DNA of 64,000 bases from positions 1,178,001 through 1,242,000 of the forward strand of contig CM121341.1 in assembly GCA_051530055.1 (NCBI GenBank), given 5' to 3'. Both the position numbers and the translations under genes were made by a program. Below, one piece after another: positions 48,406-61,210 of this stretch (within the stretch, counting starts at the first letter, position 1; the number at the start of each line of letters is the position of its first letter). Below the pieces are notes generated by a model that searched no databases, had not been told where the DNA came from, and was given only the letters and a program-made list of their open reading frames with translations. The stretch comes from Neoechinorhynchus agilis. Its lineage: Eukaryota > Animalia > Acanthocephala.

Positions 48406-49397
48406 ATGATGTTGAAAACATGCACAGTAAAGCGCATTTTCTTGGACGACGTATCATGGTGAATATTTATAAGAATTTAATTTATTTAACAAGAAAAATG
48501 AATTTTAGGAAAATTCACATTCATCGAGAATATTCTGATCTTTCCGCATTGATGGTAAAATCTGCCACAAAAAAAGAACTTGAAAAGGTTGGATTTCTTT
48601 AACAAATCAGCATAATGTCCCCGATTAAAGGATCTTTTAAAGGAAGCTGAAATATTAAAGAAGCTTGACCACTTTAGTGTTTGTGTATTTGACAGCAGTG
48701 CAATAGTCGATGGACGACTAATACTTTCATATTATCCAATCGGGTGGCCATTGAGTCTTATTTTGATGGATTCTATGATTAGCGTACCACCATCAATTTT
48801 GCGAAATATTACGTTTCAAATAGCTGATGGTCTTCATTATCTTCATTCAAAAGAAATAATTCATATGAGATTGCGAAGCTGGAATTTACTATTGAGTGAG
48901 CTTGGATTTATCAAGATATCTTGGTTTTCAGATTGCTTTGATCGATCACGAAATGAAACCTATAAAGGTATTCGTACTTTTTGTCGTATTCGCAAAAAAT
49001 ATTTCGAATAGAAATCATCGACAATTTAAAGTTCCATGAGTCCTTTAACCATTACATTGCACCCGAAATTTTTGATTCATCTTCAATGAAAATCACCGGC
49101 GCAATCGATATGTGGTCATTTGGTCAACTACTAAAGGATTTCCTAAAAAAGTATTTTGGTCAATCTCACAATAGTAGATTTAATCCTGACTTGAAAATCA
49201 AGCAAAGTGAAGACTATTCTGCAGAAATCGATATTATAGAAATAAGTGACGAGCTATTGGAAGTGTCGCCTGTGAAGCGATTGACTGCAAAACGCTTGAT
49301 TTTTGATAATCGCATCATTGGTGATCGATCCTTTGGAAGTCTAAAGCAGTTAATAGAGGAATGTAGCAGAAGATTTGATCTCATTAAACAACCATAA
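48406..49397 (+). CDS. Pseudokinase copy 2; exons 48406-48458, 48509-48587, 48631-48967, 49012-49397
   Basis: Three GT-AG introns (50, 43, 44 nt) give a continuous frame MMLKTCTVKRIFLDDVSWKIH..ALMVK..DLLKEAEIL..HMRLRSWN..WFS..IAPE..DMWSFG. Confidence 0.8.
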
Positions 49398-50549
49398 TAT
49401 TAAAAATTTATAACGATTTTAAACCGAGATAACTTTCCAATCATAAATAACATTTGAATTAACCGAATTTGTTTTTTATCTTTGCGGACTATGCACAATA
49501 TTCTGATGGATTTCAATCCTACAGTGAATTAATTTTCTTCTTTAATAGATGATCCTCCATTTCCGATAGCCTCGCAAAACGTCTTGATCTCAAATTGAAT
49601 AAAGGATGGGATTATTTGTTGGATGGCGATCAACCAAAATTTCTAGTATGACACATTTTTCTTAAAATATAAACGTTCTTAAGGAATTGTGTAAAGTCAT
49701 TAATATAAATTTCTACTCTTGAAATATATTGCGAAATCCAGAATTGATCAGAGTCAAAGATATTTTTATACCTACCAAACGCATAAACTTCCTTCTTTGT
49801 TCGCCTATTTTTAAGAGTTTCTAAAATTTGGACTAATATAACTGTCTGTTTCTTTTTCAACTCCCATTTTTTGACAAACATCAACGAGGATGCACAAAAA
49901 AGAATATGCATCTTTGTGTTGTTCGTTGTTAATTATCCTCAAGGTTTTGTTTCGCCAACCGCTTATTTGCGGGCCTATGTCCGGAACTCCAGTGTGCATC
50001 TCAATTCCCTTCGGGCCCATGGCTGTCTTTTTATTGGCTGTACCTCGCACGGCCCACTTACTCCCGCGCAAATCCGTTGTAATGGTTTTTTAATTTTTTT
50101 GCAAAAACGATCGCAATCACTATTTCGCGTTAACAAAAATTCTCTCGATGGTCTTTATTAGTAATTCTTAGCGAAACGAGCTACGTAGAATGTATTGAAA
50201 GATGAGGTTATTGATTGTCTTAAAAGAGTTCCTTTCACGATTCTTCGACGCAAATTTGACATTTAACCCACTTCCGAAACGCAATCGACCAGTCCTTTTT
50301 CTGGAGTCACCATGTTTCTTCGAAAATCGCATGTAATATTGATTTGAAAACCTATTCATATCTGAAAAAGTGTTAGAGATTCTATTCCATAATTGGAATG
50401 GTCGTTGCATCATAATTGTTCTGCACTTGGGTTCTTGCCGATCTTTACGTATATAAAGGCTTCGTTCAGAGATCTTTTTCGATTTGGACAAAAGTGAGTT
50501 CATTTTCTAAGCGGCTTTACACTGTTTTTGAATTTCGGTTTCGTGGATA

Positions 50550-50756
50550 ATGTCAACTGCGTCCAGGGTTGTCCTGTTCACTTCTATGGCGTTCACATGT
50601 TCAATAGCAATTGGCGTTAGTTATTGGAGTCACGTTCAACGCAAAAGGAGAACTACTTCTGCCTTCATTGAGATCGACAGGCGAAACAGTTTAGAAAAAG
50701 CGAGCACCGATTCGAGGAGTAAAGAGTCAAGCTTTGTCCATTCTTTTTTCAAATGA
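50550..50756 (+). CDS. PET117: PET117-like, copy 2 (one substitution G/D vs copy 1)
   Basis: Mirror of 35889-36095. Confidence 0.5.
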   Translation: MSTASRVVLFTSMAFTCSIAIGVSYWSHVQRKRRTTSAFIEIDRRNSLEKASTDSRSKESSFVHSFFK

Positions 50757-50813
50757 GATTTTCTGTCAATGTTCCCTTTCCATAAACGCTGGTTACATTT
50801 TAGATTCTCGAAA

Positions 50814-52695
50814 ATGGAATCGGCCGTTCTCTGTGAGATATTCGTTGAGCGTAATTGTGGATTGCTGAGTGACTCACTGAATAAAGCTGTTCGCGAATGT
50901 CCGTACTCATGGTACAGTCATTTTGGACTTCCTCAGTTCCTTTGTAAAACCGAAAACTTAATCACGATGAAAAAGTACGAGATCGTAGACGATTGCATAT
51001 TTTTGACAGGCTGTGTTTTGCGTTAAGATTTTGCTTTTTTGTATTATTTATGACTCTTTAGTCAATTTTAAAAGTGATATCAAATGTTAATTAGGGTGTG
51101 CGATGTGCATAGTCCTCATTCGAAACCGTAAAATTGATTCAGATTCAGGGAAAAAAATGTAAAACCTATTAAATTCGTCTACTATGTATTTTTCGTCTGG
51201 AAATGAGATCCGATCTTGCAACACAACCTGTCAATATAGACGACCAATGGATGCTCACGAAAATATTATTCGATTTTAGTGCACAAAACCAATGTGTGAT
51301 ACGAATAATTAATCCAGCCGAAGGTTGTCAATTCTTATTGGTTGAGTGCGCCTATTTCCTAGATGAAGAAGATTTGGTTGACGATATCGATGACAGGATT
51401 TTCGTCGCTAATGGAAAGATACATTTGGTAAGAGATAAAACAGTTGTTAAGGAGTTTCATAAACATGTTTCTGATAACGCCACCGAAATGAAGGAAAGTG
51501 TTCAGGACTGTGAAAAAGGAGAATTGATTTAGATCTCAGAGAAAATCATCTTGCCATTTTATTACATCTTTTTGTCCTACCAAACGATTTCTCTTTAATA
51601 GTTGAATGTCGTTACGTCGTTTAAGAATTTTTTGACTTAGAAAGTTTAACGATAATCGCCCATGGATCTCAAAGCTATAAAATATCTGTTTGATTTTTGA
51701 GAAAGGAAAAGTTCATTTATCACATGATCGAATTAACTTCTTCGCTGTCCATGACGGCATGCTCAATTCGCGATATCTCATTCTACTTTGTTTGTTTGAC
51801 AGGCTTGAAAGGCTGATGTTCAAAATTTCATTCCAAGAGCAATTCTAGTTAGTTGTATAAATAACATTATCAAATTTTAATCTGAAAAAGATCAACTGCT
51901 TGCTCAATACCTTTTAATAATCGATTCCCTTTTAATATAAAAGCAAAAATATTCAAATACACAGATCCGAGATGCTGTTCGAAATCGTTTGAAATCACAT
52001 GCCCTGTAAAAATGGCAAACGAGATTCAACAGAATAAAATTTCTCTGTCGTCAATATGCCACCACTTTTTAGACAATCCAAACACTTGCACGGTCACTTT
52101 TGAAGCGGGCAAGCAACCGGAATTGAAAAAAATAATGGTATGCATTCACAAAATGCTATATTCCAAAGTCAATGCAGCCCGGAGCGCATCGGCCGTTCCT
52201 TGGAATACTTATCAAAGTACTTCGTCAGAGGGAACACTTAGCGCCAAGCTGTACTGCGGTTGGCTTAAAGCACCTAAGATGGATTGCGTAAACCAACTTG
52301 GCGTTGTACCGGAGCTTCATGAAGAATACGTGACATCTTCCATTAACGTAAGATTTCAACCTGATCTTATACCAAAGGCGATCGGTGACTTTGTCAAGGG
52401 CAGAAGTGGATTGATGGAAGGTGCCGAGGAACCTTGGAGTATGAAGAACGATTGTCCTTCTATTGACGGAAATGAGATTTTAAAGAGTATAGACAAAATG
52501 TTGTTATGTACCAGTTCGTCACAGTCATCGGATTCTGAAAACGATTCCGAGCTCGAGGATCCGGATGAATGCGAGGCACTCAAGAATTTGTTGGAATCAC
52601 TTAGTGTTGCAAATGAGAGTTACACCGTGAACCCAGTCAGTACCATGCTTTCCTCAATGGGATTATACGTGTCTGAAGACGAGGAAGATGATTAA
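50814..52695 (+). CDS. ECD: Ecdysoneless (ECD/hSGT1) homologue, about 3 exons (last exon 51965-52695; probable donor at 51510; first junction unresolved)
   Basis: NIDDQW..FLLVECAYFL..RIFVANGKI matches the ECD N-terminus; SAKLYCGW, IGDFVKGRSGLMEGAE and NLLES..NPVSTMLSSMG match the middle and C-terminal motifs. Confidence 0.8.
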
Positions 52696-53799
52696 ATCTG
52701 TGCAACCAATTATCCAAATTCCTAATAAAAGTTATAAAGAAATACTTTCATGCAAGCTTCTCTTTAAAATGCGGTGGTTTTAATCTGAGGTGTTCCTTGG
52801 ACGAACTGGACAAGTAAAGCACCGCCGAGCTTACAGTGAAATCTTTTTAATAAAAATTTGGTGAAATTGTAACAAAAAGAGTGCGTTTCTTTTGAAACCG
52901 TCAAAGCTAATTGAATTCTATATTTATAAAATGCGCTGTAAATTTTTCTTACTTTTTTTACTCTTGCGATAATAATAAAAATCAAATCCACACGTTTTCA
53001 TACCAGTCAATTAGTTCAAGCGTAGTATTTTATTTGCGTTTTATTGTCTTTAACGTTTCATATTTTTTACCGAACATTTTAAGCTCCGTTCATCTTACCC
53101 GAAATCCTTTAACCGAGCGATCTGAACTTCGATTGCATCATCAGCGATCCTGTTCTCAAAAAACTTTATATCTGAAAACCAAATCAATACGGCATTTAGG
53201 TGATATTTCTTATTTTAATAAAAATATCTTTTATGTTATCAAGTTCGTTATTCCATCCGAATTTCTGCGATTTTAAGTTCCATTCTATCGTTTTGCTTTG
53301 AAGCGGTTTAGCCGGCATCCAACAAAAGTTAAAAAACTTGATTAGCGGATTGACCGGTTTCCTTCAAGCTTACTGATTTAGCCCATATCCATAAACAGCA
53401 ACATTATAATTATTTTCAAAAAAATATTATTTTCAAGGTAATGTTTGTATTGACGAGATCATCAATTGAATAGAGCCCAAGAGATTTTCCTTTGCGAGTA
53501 AAGGCAAGGCTCTTTTTTTTAATACATCTAATGAGTATCGATTTTCGCTGACGAACTCTCATTGTGAAAACTTTCTCTCTGAGAGATTTTTGTGCCACTG
53601 TGAACTCAACCAACAAATTACTTTTCGTCGATTCACAGCAATCACTTCATTCTACAGAGAAAAGAGCGACGATGACATCGGTATATCAAAATCGAACTTA
53701 AAAATCTTTACGAATTTTTCCTGTGGATTCGCATTTGCAAAGACTGGAAGGGTGGCGTGAGAGATTGGAAAGCAACGGAATCAAAGTAAACAGAGCGAA

Positions 53800-54135
53800 T
53801 ACAGGTTCGGAGGATCTAGAATGAGATGCCAAACAATTAACATTAAAAGCGTCAGTTCAATATCTTGGTAGCAAGGTCAGTATGGCCAACTCTCTCAAAC
53901 CTAAAATAACTCCCCGAATACAAAGCCGATGGCACAACTGGATAAAAATGTCAACCGTATTCTGTATGTGATAAAAGGATCGGGCTAAAGCCAAAAGGAT
54001 CGGAGTATTCGAGACTGTAGTGAGACCAACAATGTTGTACGCCGCAGAGACGTGGACGACCAAGAAAGACGACCTCAGTCGATTAGAATCGAATGAAATG
54101 AGGATGTTGAGATGGGCAGCTGGCTTCACATTCAG
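53800..54135 (+). mobile_element. RTE-clade RT C-terminal fragment
   Basis: TVVRPTMLYAAETWTT..EMRMLRWAAG. Confidence 0.75.
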
Positions 54136-54359
54136 GGAGCTCAAAGAAGATTGCGGTTGTTCAATAAGGTTATGAATAGCGAGAGAAGGCATATAAGCAT
54201 AGAGGATATTGGAAAGGCGGCGCAGAGGAAGACTCAAGAAGCGTTGGGTGGATTGTGTAAATCAAGATCGAAGTTAAATTGGACTCAACATTTTTCACCA
54301 AATAGATGTAATATTAGGACCCGCAACCTCTCGAAAGAGGGAAAAGCGTGAGAATATGA

Positions 54360-54600
54360 AGTCTTCCATTCTTTCCTTCGAATCAATTTGCATTTGGAGG
54401 ATTAAGCAGCGGGGAAGAAGGATCGAAGGTAGAGGTTTGTGCGAGGAAATGAAGGATGGAAAATGTTGGGGCGACGCGAGCGGAGGATAATGAAAGCGCT
54501 TTTGAGTGCTTTTGAAAGATTAGAGAAGTTAGTTCTTCTAAGGGCAGGAGTTCGGAGGAACAGATTTGAGCGCACCTCTTGTGAAATGTGTTAGGTTTTT
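54360..54600 (-). mobile_element. 3' fragment of the CR1/L2-like LINE family seen at 14060-15450
   Basis: Reverse complement aligns with ~15170-15410. Confidence 0.65.
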
Positions 54601-57350
54601 TGCTCGCCAAGGACAATCCAAGCCCGGCTGAAAAAGGAGGAGGGTTGGCGTCATGAAGGGCATCCAGCTGTAAAATTCTTGCCAAATTTTGACCCAAATG
54701 ACAACCAGCAACCGAATCAACCAAAGCACTAAGGCTGCGACGCGCAAGTTCTTCGCCTGGAGCTTGTGTTAAATCATCAAAGGCTACCGAGGCATGGACG
54801 GTTTCGGCTAAAGAAATTATTCTACACAAGTGACCTAAGAATAGCAACGCTAAATGTGGGATCGATGACGGGAAGGAGTCGAGAAATAGTTGATGAGAAG
54901 GATCGGCATAGTGGGAGTGCAGGAGACCAGTTGGAAAGGAGCGAAAGCCCATGAACTAGGCGATGGTTATAAAATAATCTATAGTTGCGAGTCAAGTGGC
55001 AGGAGTGGGGTGGGAGTCATCATGGAAAAAGGACTAGTCGATTGCGTTTTGGAAGTGATCAGAACAAATGGTGGGATCATATCGGTGCGATTCGATTTAG
55101 GAGGAGAGGATGCCACCATAATATCGGTCTATGTCCTGCAAATCGCATGTACAGAGGAAGAGAAACAGCAGTTTTGGCAAAGCTTATCGGATACTGTTGC
55201 GAACTCGAAGAGCACTCGTTATGCGATTACAGGAGAGTTTAATGGACATGTGGGAAACAGAGACGGTTACCAGCGAATGCATGGTGGGCACAGCATTGGT
55301 GAACGAAACGCCGAAGGTGAAAAGCTTCTCTACTTGGCCGTTTCAAGAGAACTGCGACTGGCGAACACGTTTTTCCAAAAAGAGGATAGGCATATTACTA
55401 TTTATTCGAGCGGTGGATAATCTAGTCAAATTGATTTCATCCTTTATCCGATATTACGATGGAGCGAAATAAAGAACGTCAAAACGATTCTCGGAGAAGA
55501 TTGAGTACCACAACACCAAGTAGTAGTAGCAGACTTGACGATCAGAACAAAGAGGAAACGGTATGCCGGAAAGTGAATCCTCAAGTCAGGTGGTGGTTGC
55601 TAAAGGATACTGAGCCTTGAAAACGAGTTGGTGAATCGCTAATAAGTAAGCTGGAAATGGAGGTTGACTGTTCAGATGTATACGGTGGAACGAATGATCA
55701 AAACTAATTCTGGAGGGTGGAACGGCGAAAGAGATATGCTAAGAAGATATGATATCAGGCTCGAACAGTTGCAAATGCGCGATTGCAAAGAGAGGCGGAT
55801 AGAGAGATCTATGAGGTACTAGAAAAAGGCAATGGGAGTGGAAAGATCTTCAAGATCGCAGAAATTCGCGACAAAAAGTCAAAGGATATTTCCTCAAGCG
55901 AAAACGAGGTTCTTCTAAGACGGCGAGAGTATTTCGATAAACTCTTGAATGCAGAGAATCCGCGACAATCCAGCGAGGAGGCACCATCATACGCGAATGC
56001 AGTGAGACCGTTATCCTATAACGAAGTTGCGAGACAGCTTGGACGCATGAAATTGGGGAAAAGCGCAGGACCGGATGGTATCCCGATCGAAATATGGAAA
56101 GCGTTGAGCAGTTTTGGTATCCAAGTGTTGACGAATCTATATCAAAGAATATCACAAATCGGGAAAATGCCCGGAGCACGGCCAGAAAGGAGATATTGAA
56201 CAATGCAGTAACTATAAGGGCATAAAGATTATGAGTCACACAATGTAACTATATGAAAGGCTTCTAAACAGTAGGCTGAGAGAAGAGATCAGTGTCGGAG
56301 AACATTAGAGAGGTTTTATGCCAGGGCGGAGCACAACAGAAACGATATTTCTAATCATACAATTGTACGAGAGGTACAATGAAAAACAGAAGCCGCTATA
56401 CAGTGCATTCGTGGACATCGAGAAAGCCTGTGATGCAGTGCCGAGAGACCCAACATGGGCGTGCCTCAGAAAGAACTGTCTCGAGGAATACATAAGAGCA
56501 ATGTAGATCATTTACGAAGGATCCTGCACTTGTGTCAGATGCGGTGTGTTAGAGACAAACTGTTTTGAGGTTACAGTTGGATTGCATCAGGGATCAGCCC
56601 TCAGCCCGTTCCTATTCGTCACGATCATGGATGTGTTGGATTCTAAGCAAATCGCCCGAAAGCCTCCATGGACACTATTGTTCGCTGATGACTTGATTGT
56701 GACAGTTGAAACACGTGAAGAGGCTCAGCGAAGTCTGGAAGGGTGGAGTGAAGCACAGGTTGAAGACGATATGGATGGGACCGGAAGCGCTAAAGTTAGA
56801 AGGTGTAGATTTGACGATGAGAAGAACAGTGAAATATCTAGGCAGCGAAATAAATATGACAAATTCCCTCGAACCCGAAATAACTGCTCGTATACAAAGC
56901 GGGTGGCTCAGACAAAAGGATCTCACCCAAAACGGATAGGGCTGGTGTTCGAAACCGTGGTGCGACCAGCCATGTTATATTGCGCAGAAACTTGGACGAC
57001 CAAGCGAAACGACCTCAGAAGATTAGAAACGAACGAGCTGAGGATGCTGAGATGGGCAGCAGGGTACACTCTCAAGGATAAGAAAAGAAATGCGGACATC
57101 AGGGAGCTGTTCGGCACTTGCCGCTGTTCAGAGTTGATCGTCCAAAGAAGGTTGCGCTGGCACGACAAAGTTTCGAAGTGCGAAGCAGATCACATACTGC
57201 GCAGCACGAAGAAACTGGAAATAAGGGGAAATTGCCGACGAGAAAGGCCGAGGAAACGATGAGTGGATTGCATCAAACAGAATAAATTGGTTTTCGAGAG
57301 AACCGTAACCTCTCTCTCGAGAGCGAGAGAAAATGCGTGAGTGAGAAGAA
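54600..57350 (+). mobile_element. Near full-length but decayed RTE-clade LINE
   Basis: APE (VQET, GEFNGHVG, LANTFFQK), RT (KSAGPDG, FVDIEKA, GLHQGSALSP, LLFADD, KYLG, RPAMLYCAETW); frameshifts and deletions. Confidence 0.88.
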
Positions 57351-58929
57351 GGATAAATCGTGAAGATAGCTTGTTTTGATGAAAGTGAGATGAATTCTAG
57401 TTTATTTAATATTTCGCCCTCTGCGTGAAACTTCTTCAGAATTGCAAATTGCTTCGAGATAAAAGCGAAAGTTATGAAGCAATTTTTCTCCTTTGTCGCG
57501 AAACACAAACAATTCTGATGAAGTTTCTCGTAAAGGACGAAATATTAAAATTGAATTACTTCTATTCTCATCTCTCGCCCTCATCTCGCCAATAGATAAA
57601 TTGTTTAAAGATTGAATTATTCTGATGCTTATTTATGATGGCTAAAATTATAGGAATTTCGATTAAATCCGATTGTTTCCGAAGGCACATTCTTGTACAC
57701 CTTTATCAAAGTTGCTTGTAAGTTGGCACATGATTTATCGCCTCATTGTCGAATTTACCGAAATTCCTTTAATTTTTAGCCGCCATAAACAAACATTGGA
57801 TGAATAATTTTTAAAGCCTTAAAGACGATTTATCGCTCGAAAAAAATAATAGCTAGTTTAACGCCTAAAACTTTCTCGTTCTCACTAGTTTAATTGCCTC
57901 AATTCTGTACCATGAAGAAATTCTCGATTTCTAGCGTAGCCTAACAATACATTTGATCGATATTTCAGTTTTGACTAAAGAAATGTTTTTAACAAGATCT
58001 ATAAAAAATTAAATTCATCGACTTGCATGATTTACCGAGTAGAAAATCGCAATTTCTTACTTTATTTCACCGAAATTCCCATTTGAAGAAACGAATGTTT
58101 ATTTTAAATTTTCTTGTACAAAATCCATCAGAACGTGATCGAAAGTTAAAATTCATGATTGTAATTTTGATTCGGTATAAAAAAGCTTTCAAGACCCGAA
58201 CGTTTTATGCATAATCTTTATTTGTATACTCAATTCTTCGTTCCTATTATAAAACCGATCTTTTCTCTTTAGAGTAAAAATAGTTTTTCTCACCATTGAG
58301 ATAATTGGTGATGTTTTACTAAGCATGGTAAATTTTTTAACCAAGGTTGGAAACGGATGGTCGAAATGAACAAATCTGCGATTCAAAAAGGTACTGATGG
58401 ATCCTCGAGAAAATGAAGGATAAAAATGTTTCGGCGTTAGCATCGGAACTTTTTTAAATTAGAGAAATAACACGTTTTAATCAAATTCTTTAAGAATTCA
58501 GAACTATAAATTTAAAATAGAATCATAGGATGGCGGCGGTTCAAACTCGTTGCTGATCTCTTGTACACTGAGTCTTGGATTCCCTAATGGATCTGACAGT
58601 TGGTCGAAATGGTGCATCTGATAATGAGTCAATCGCCCATGAATTGTAGAAGTTTGATTATTGATTCCATTCAGCACACATCGCCTAATTGACGATTTAA
58701 TTTAGTTTTGACCCACGATACTAACCACACGCAAGCAGATAATATGATTGTTAGAATTATGGCTGCTAAAGGTGGAAAAAAAATCACTATCCATGACGAT
58801 GGAGAGGATGACATTCTCGGTTTGAGGTGCAATGATGAAATACATCTTTGTTGGAGTAATGTGACTCATTGCTCCTCTCCTGTGCTACGAAAATTTAAAT
58901 GGGGTCGAAAAACTGTGTTTTGGGTAACT

Positions 58930-59645
58930 TTTTAGCAAAAGCCTTTGAGAGATGGCAGCATTGCTTCGTTGTACTGCGATCGGGATATTTTGTCGCAGGA
59001 ATACACCTGCTCGTGCGTCGCCGGTCGTTTCTCCGAGAGATCCTGGAGCAGAGAGAGTGCCGAGCTGCCGAGCGCTCCATACGTCTCTACTCCGACGGGG
59101 ACAAAAAAGTGGGCCCTTGCTAATTCTCTATATTTTCGTACCTTCCTCCCTTCTGCTGCAATGGCTGCACCTTCAGGGATTTCGAGAGAGTACGGAATGT
59201 TGCTTACGGCGAGCGTGTCCACACACGTGGCGTCCCAGAGAAGGCATTTGCCATCCCGCCACGGAGACCGTGTAGTCGACAAAGATGGGCGGGTTACGCA
59301 CTCGGTCGAGAGGCCGAGCGAAGTTCGTCGTTCTCTACGCCCGAGTAATTACGCTGTTGATCTCAGAATGGCGTGAGAACCTTTTACCTGTCTTTCAACA
59401 AACGAGACCATGTAGCCTGAAAGCATCAACCAAAGATCCACATCGACAGCGATGGGGCGTGTGTATCGGGAGACCAAGTCTTAAGAACACTGCGATCCTC
59501 GTTACCTCATCAGTGAGAAGAGTTGCCACAGATGCCAGAGGAACAGCCTTTAACCACTCCCTCGATTCTCGTGTCGAAACTGCCAACAATCTATCTCGGA
59601 CGACCCCATCGCGAGAAGCTGAAAGTAGAGAGCTGTGAGCTCTTG
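58930..59645 (-). mobile_element. CRE-clade 3' portion, near-identical to 27720-28210 but retaining the full REL core
   Basis: LRLGLP..HRCRCG..HGLVC, PWRDGKCLLWDATCVDTLA, FVPVGVETYG. Confidence 0.85.
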
Positions 59646-59679
59646 CGATTCAGGTGCTTGCGATGGCTCTACAAAACAA

Positions 59680-59915
59680 CTAAAATCTTTTTAGATGACT
59701 GATGAGGTTTCCTAACGAAATATTTCAATAATTTATGTGTTTTATCCGGGAGGGATTTTGATGACCAGATCTCCGATTTCGGTATCGTTCAGAGAAAATC
59801 CTCCGTGATGACTGAAATGGAACACAAGAGGTTTGATCGGAAAGATGCAGTACAAAACAGCTGAAATCTTTTTAGATGACAGATGAGGCTCCCTCACGAA
59901 ATATTTCAATAATTT
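59680..59915 (+). repeat. Two units of the hammerhead-like repeat (CTGATGAG at 59699, CAGATGAG at 59880)
   Basis: The 59880 unit mirrors the 23678 unit; the 59699 unit is a distinct variant with an intact core box. Confidence 0.7.
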
Positions 59916-60534
59916 ATATGTTTTATTCGGAAGAGATTATGGTCACTACATTTCCAACTTTGGTATCGTTCAAAGAAAATCCTTCGGGATTACAGAGTTG
60001 GAGATGTAGTGATCACAATTCCGGGCTGCATCCAACAACATGGAAGGAAAACATAACTTTAGCTTAAAGCTACCGATCCGCGATGTGTTATAAATCATTG
60101 AACGGATATTCTGTGCATTCCTCTCAAATCTTGAGTAATGTAGAAATACTCAGCTCCTAAATGAGGTTTCCCAACAAAAAGGACTTTTTCTAGTCCAAAT
60201 CATTATTCGATAATCGAGAAACATATTTAAGCTATAGTTCAAAACGATGGCCTTACATCTTCATCGTCAAGTCAAACACTATCACGTGCATTTAGGCTGT
60301 TTATTCAACGAGCTAAAGTAATCGTTACAACTGCCTTTCCTTCCCTGTTCATTTAAGCTACTGTTTGCTCCTAGATGCTATAAAATTCGCAACTTTTGTA
60401 CTCGCTTGCAACCTGTATCTTTTCTAAAAGACTGAATCACAACTTTAACCACATAGTTGATTCACAATGGTGATGATAGTGATGAATATATAGAAGTGTT
60501 CACTGTGCTAGGCTGTATCTGATTCTGAACAAAA

Positions 60535-61210
60535 ATGCATCTTTTATATTCATTCATTGCAATAGCATTGGTAGCTCTTGTCCGCTCGGCGCCACTTTCG
60601 CAAAATACAAAAGTGGCTCTACGGTACTTGGATGGAGTTAGAAAATTCAATTTTCCTTTCTTACCGGTAATTGTTAATCTTCTGGTTCACTTATTAATTA
60701 CAACTTTCCTCGCAGACCTTCTACAGCAATCGCCTCGTCGCTTGGAATCCATGTATGTCAATGAGTGAAACAACAAATCAATTCACTTATCAAGGCCCTC
60801 TATTAGAAGACGAGCAAAGGTATTACTCCATCGTTATGTATGATCCGGACGTATATGAGCCAAATGCTCCTAACTCAACTGTTTGGTTACATTATCTTGG
60901 AATAAATCTGAACTCAGTAACGCCTATCACAGTTATCAAGGATTATTTTGCACCGGCACCACCGATTGGTGTTCATCATTATGTCCAACTCATGGTAGAA
61001 CAAAAGAAAATACTTGAGCCGTTCACGGTGGATGAAAGATTGAATTGGGATTTCAGTGGATTTATCTCAAAACAACGAAGGGTTATTGGTGGAAATACCT
61101 TCAGAGTTGCGGCACCGGGTGTTGTGTGCCCTGCTGTGGAAGCGGGCCATGCCGTTCAGATGACAGTTTCACTTTTAGTTGCACTTGTTATTGCTTTTGT
61201 TTCAATTTAA
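60535..61210 (+). CDS. Secreted PEBP-family protein, copy 2; exons 60535-60636 and 60716-61210
   Basis: Mirror of 22344-23019 with four substitutions. Confidence 0.85.

Noticed and set aside
51540-51830. ECD as a pseudogene because of stops in this interval
   Set aside because: A GT at 51510 and AG at 51963-51964 splice this region out in phase (QD-Y-PR), and the last exon contains the expected motifs.
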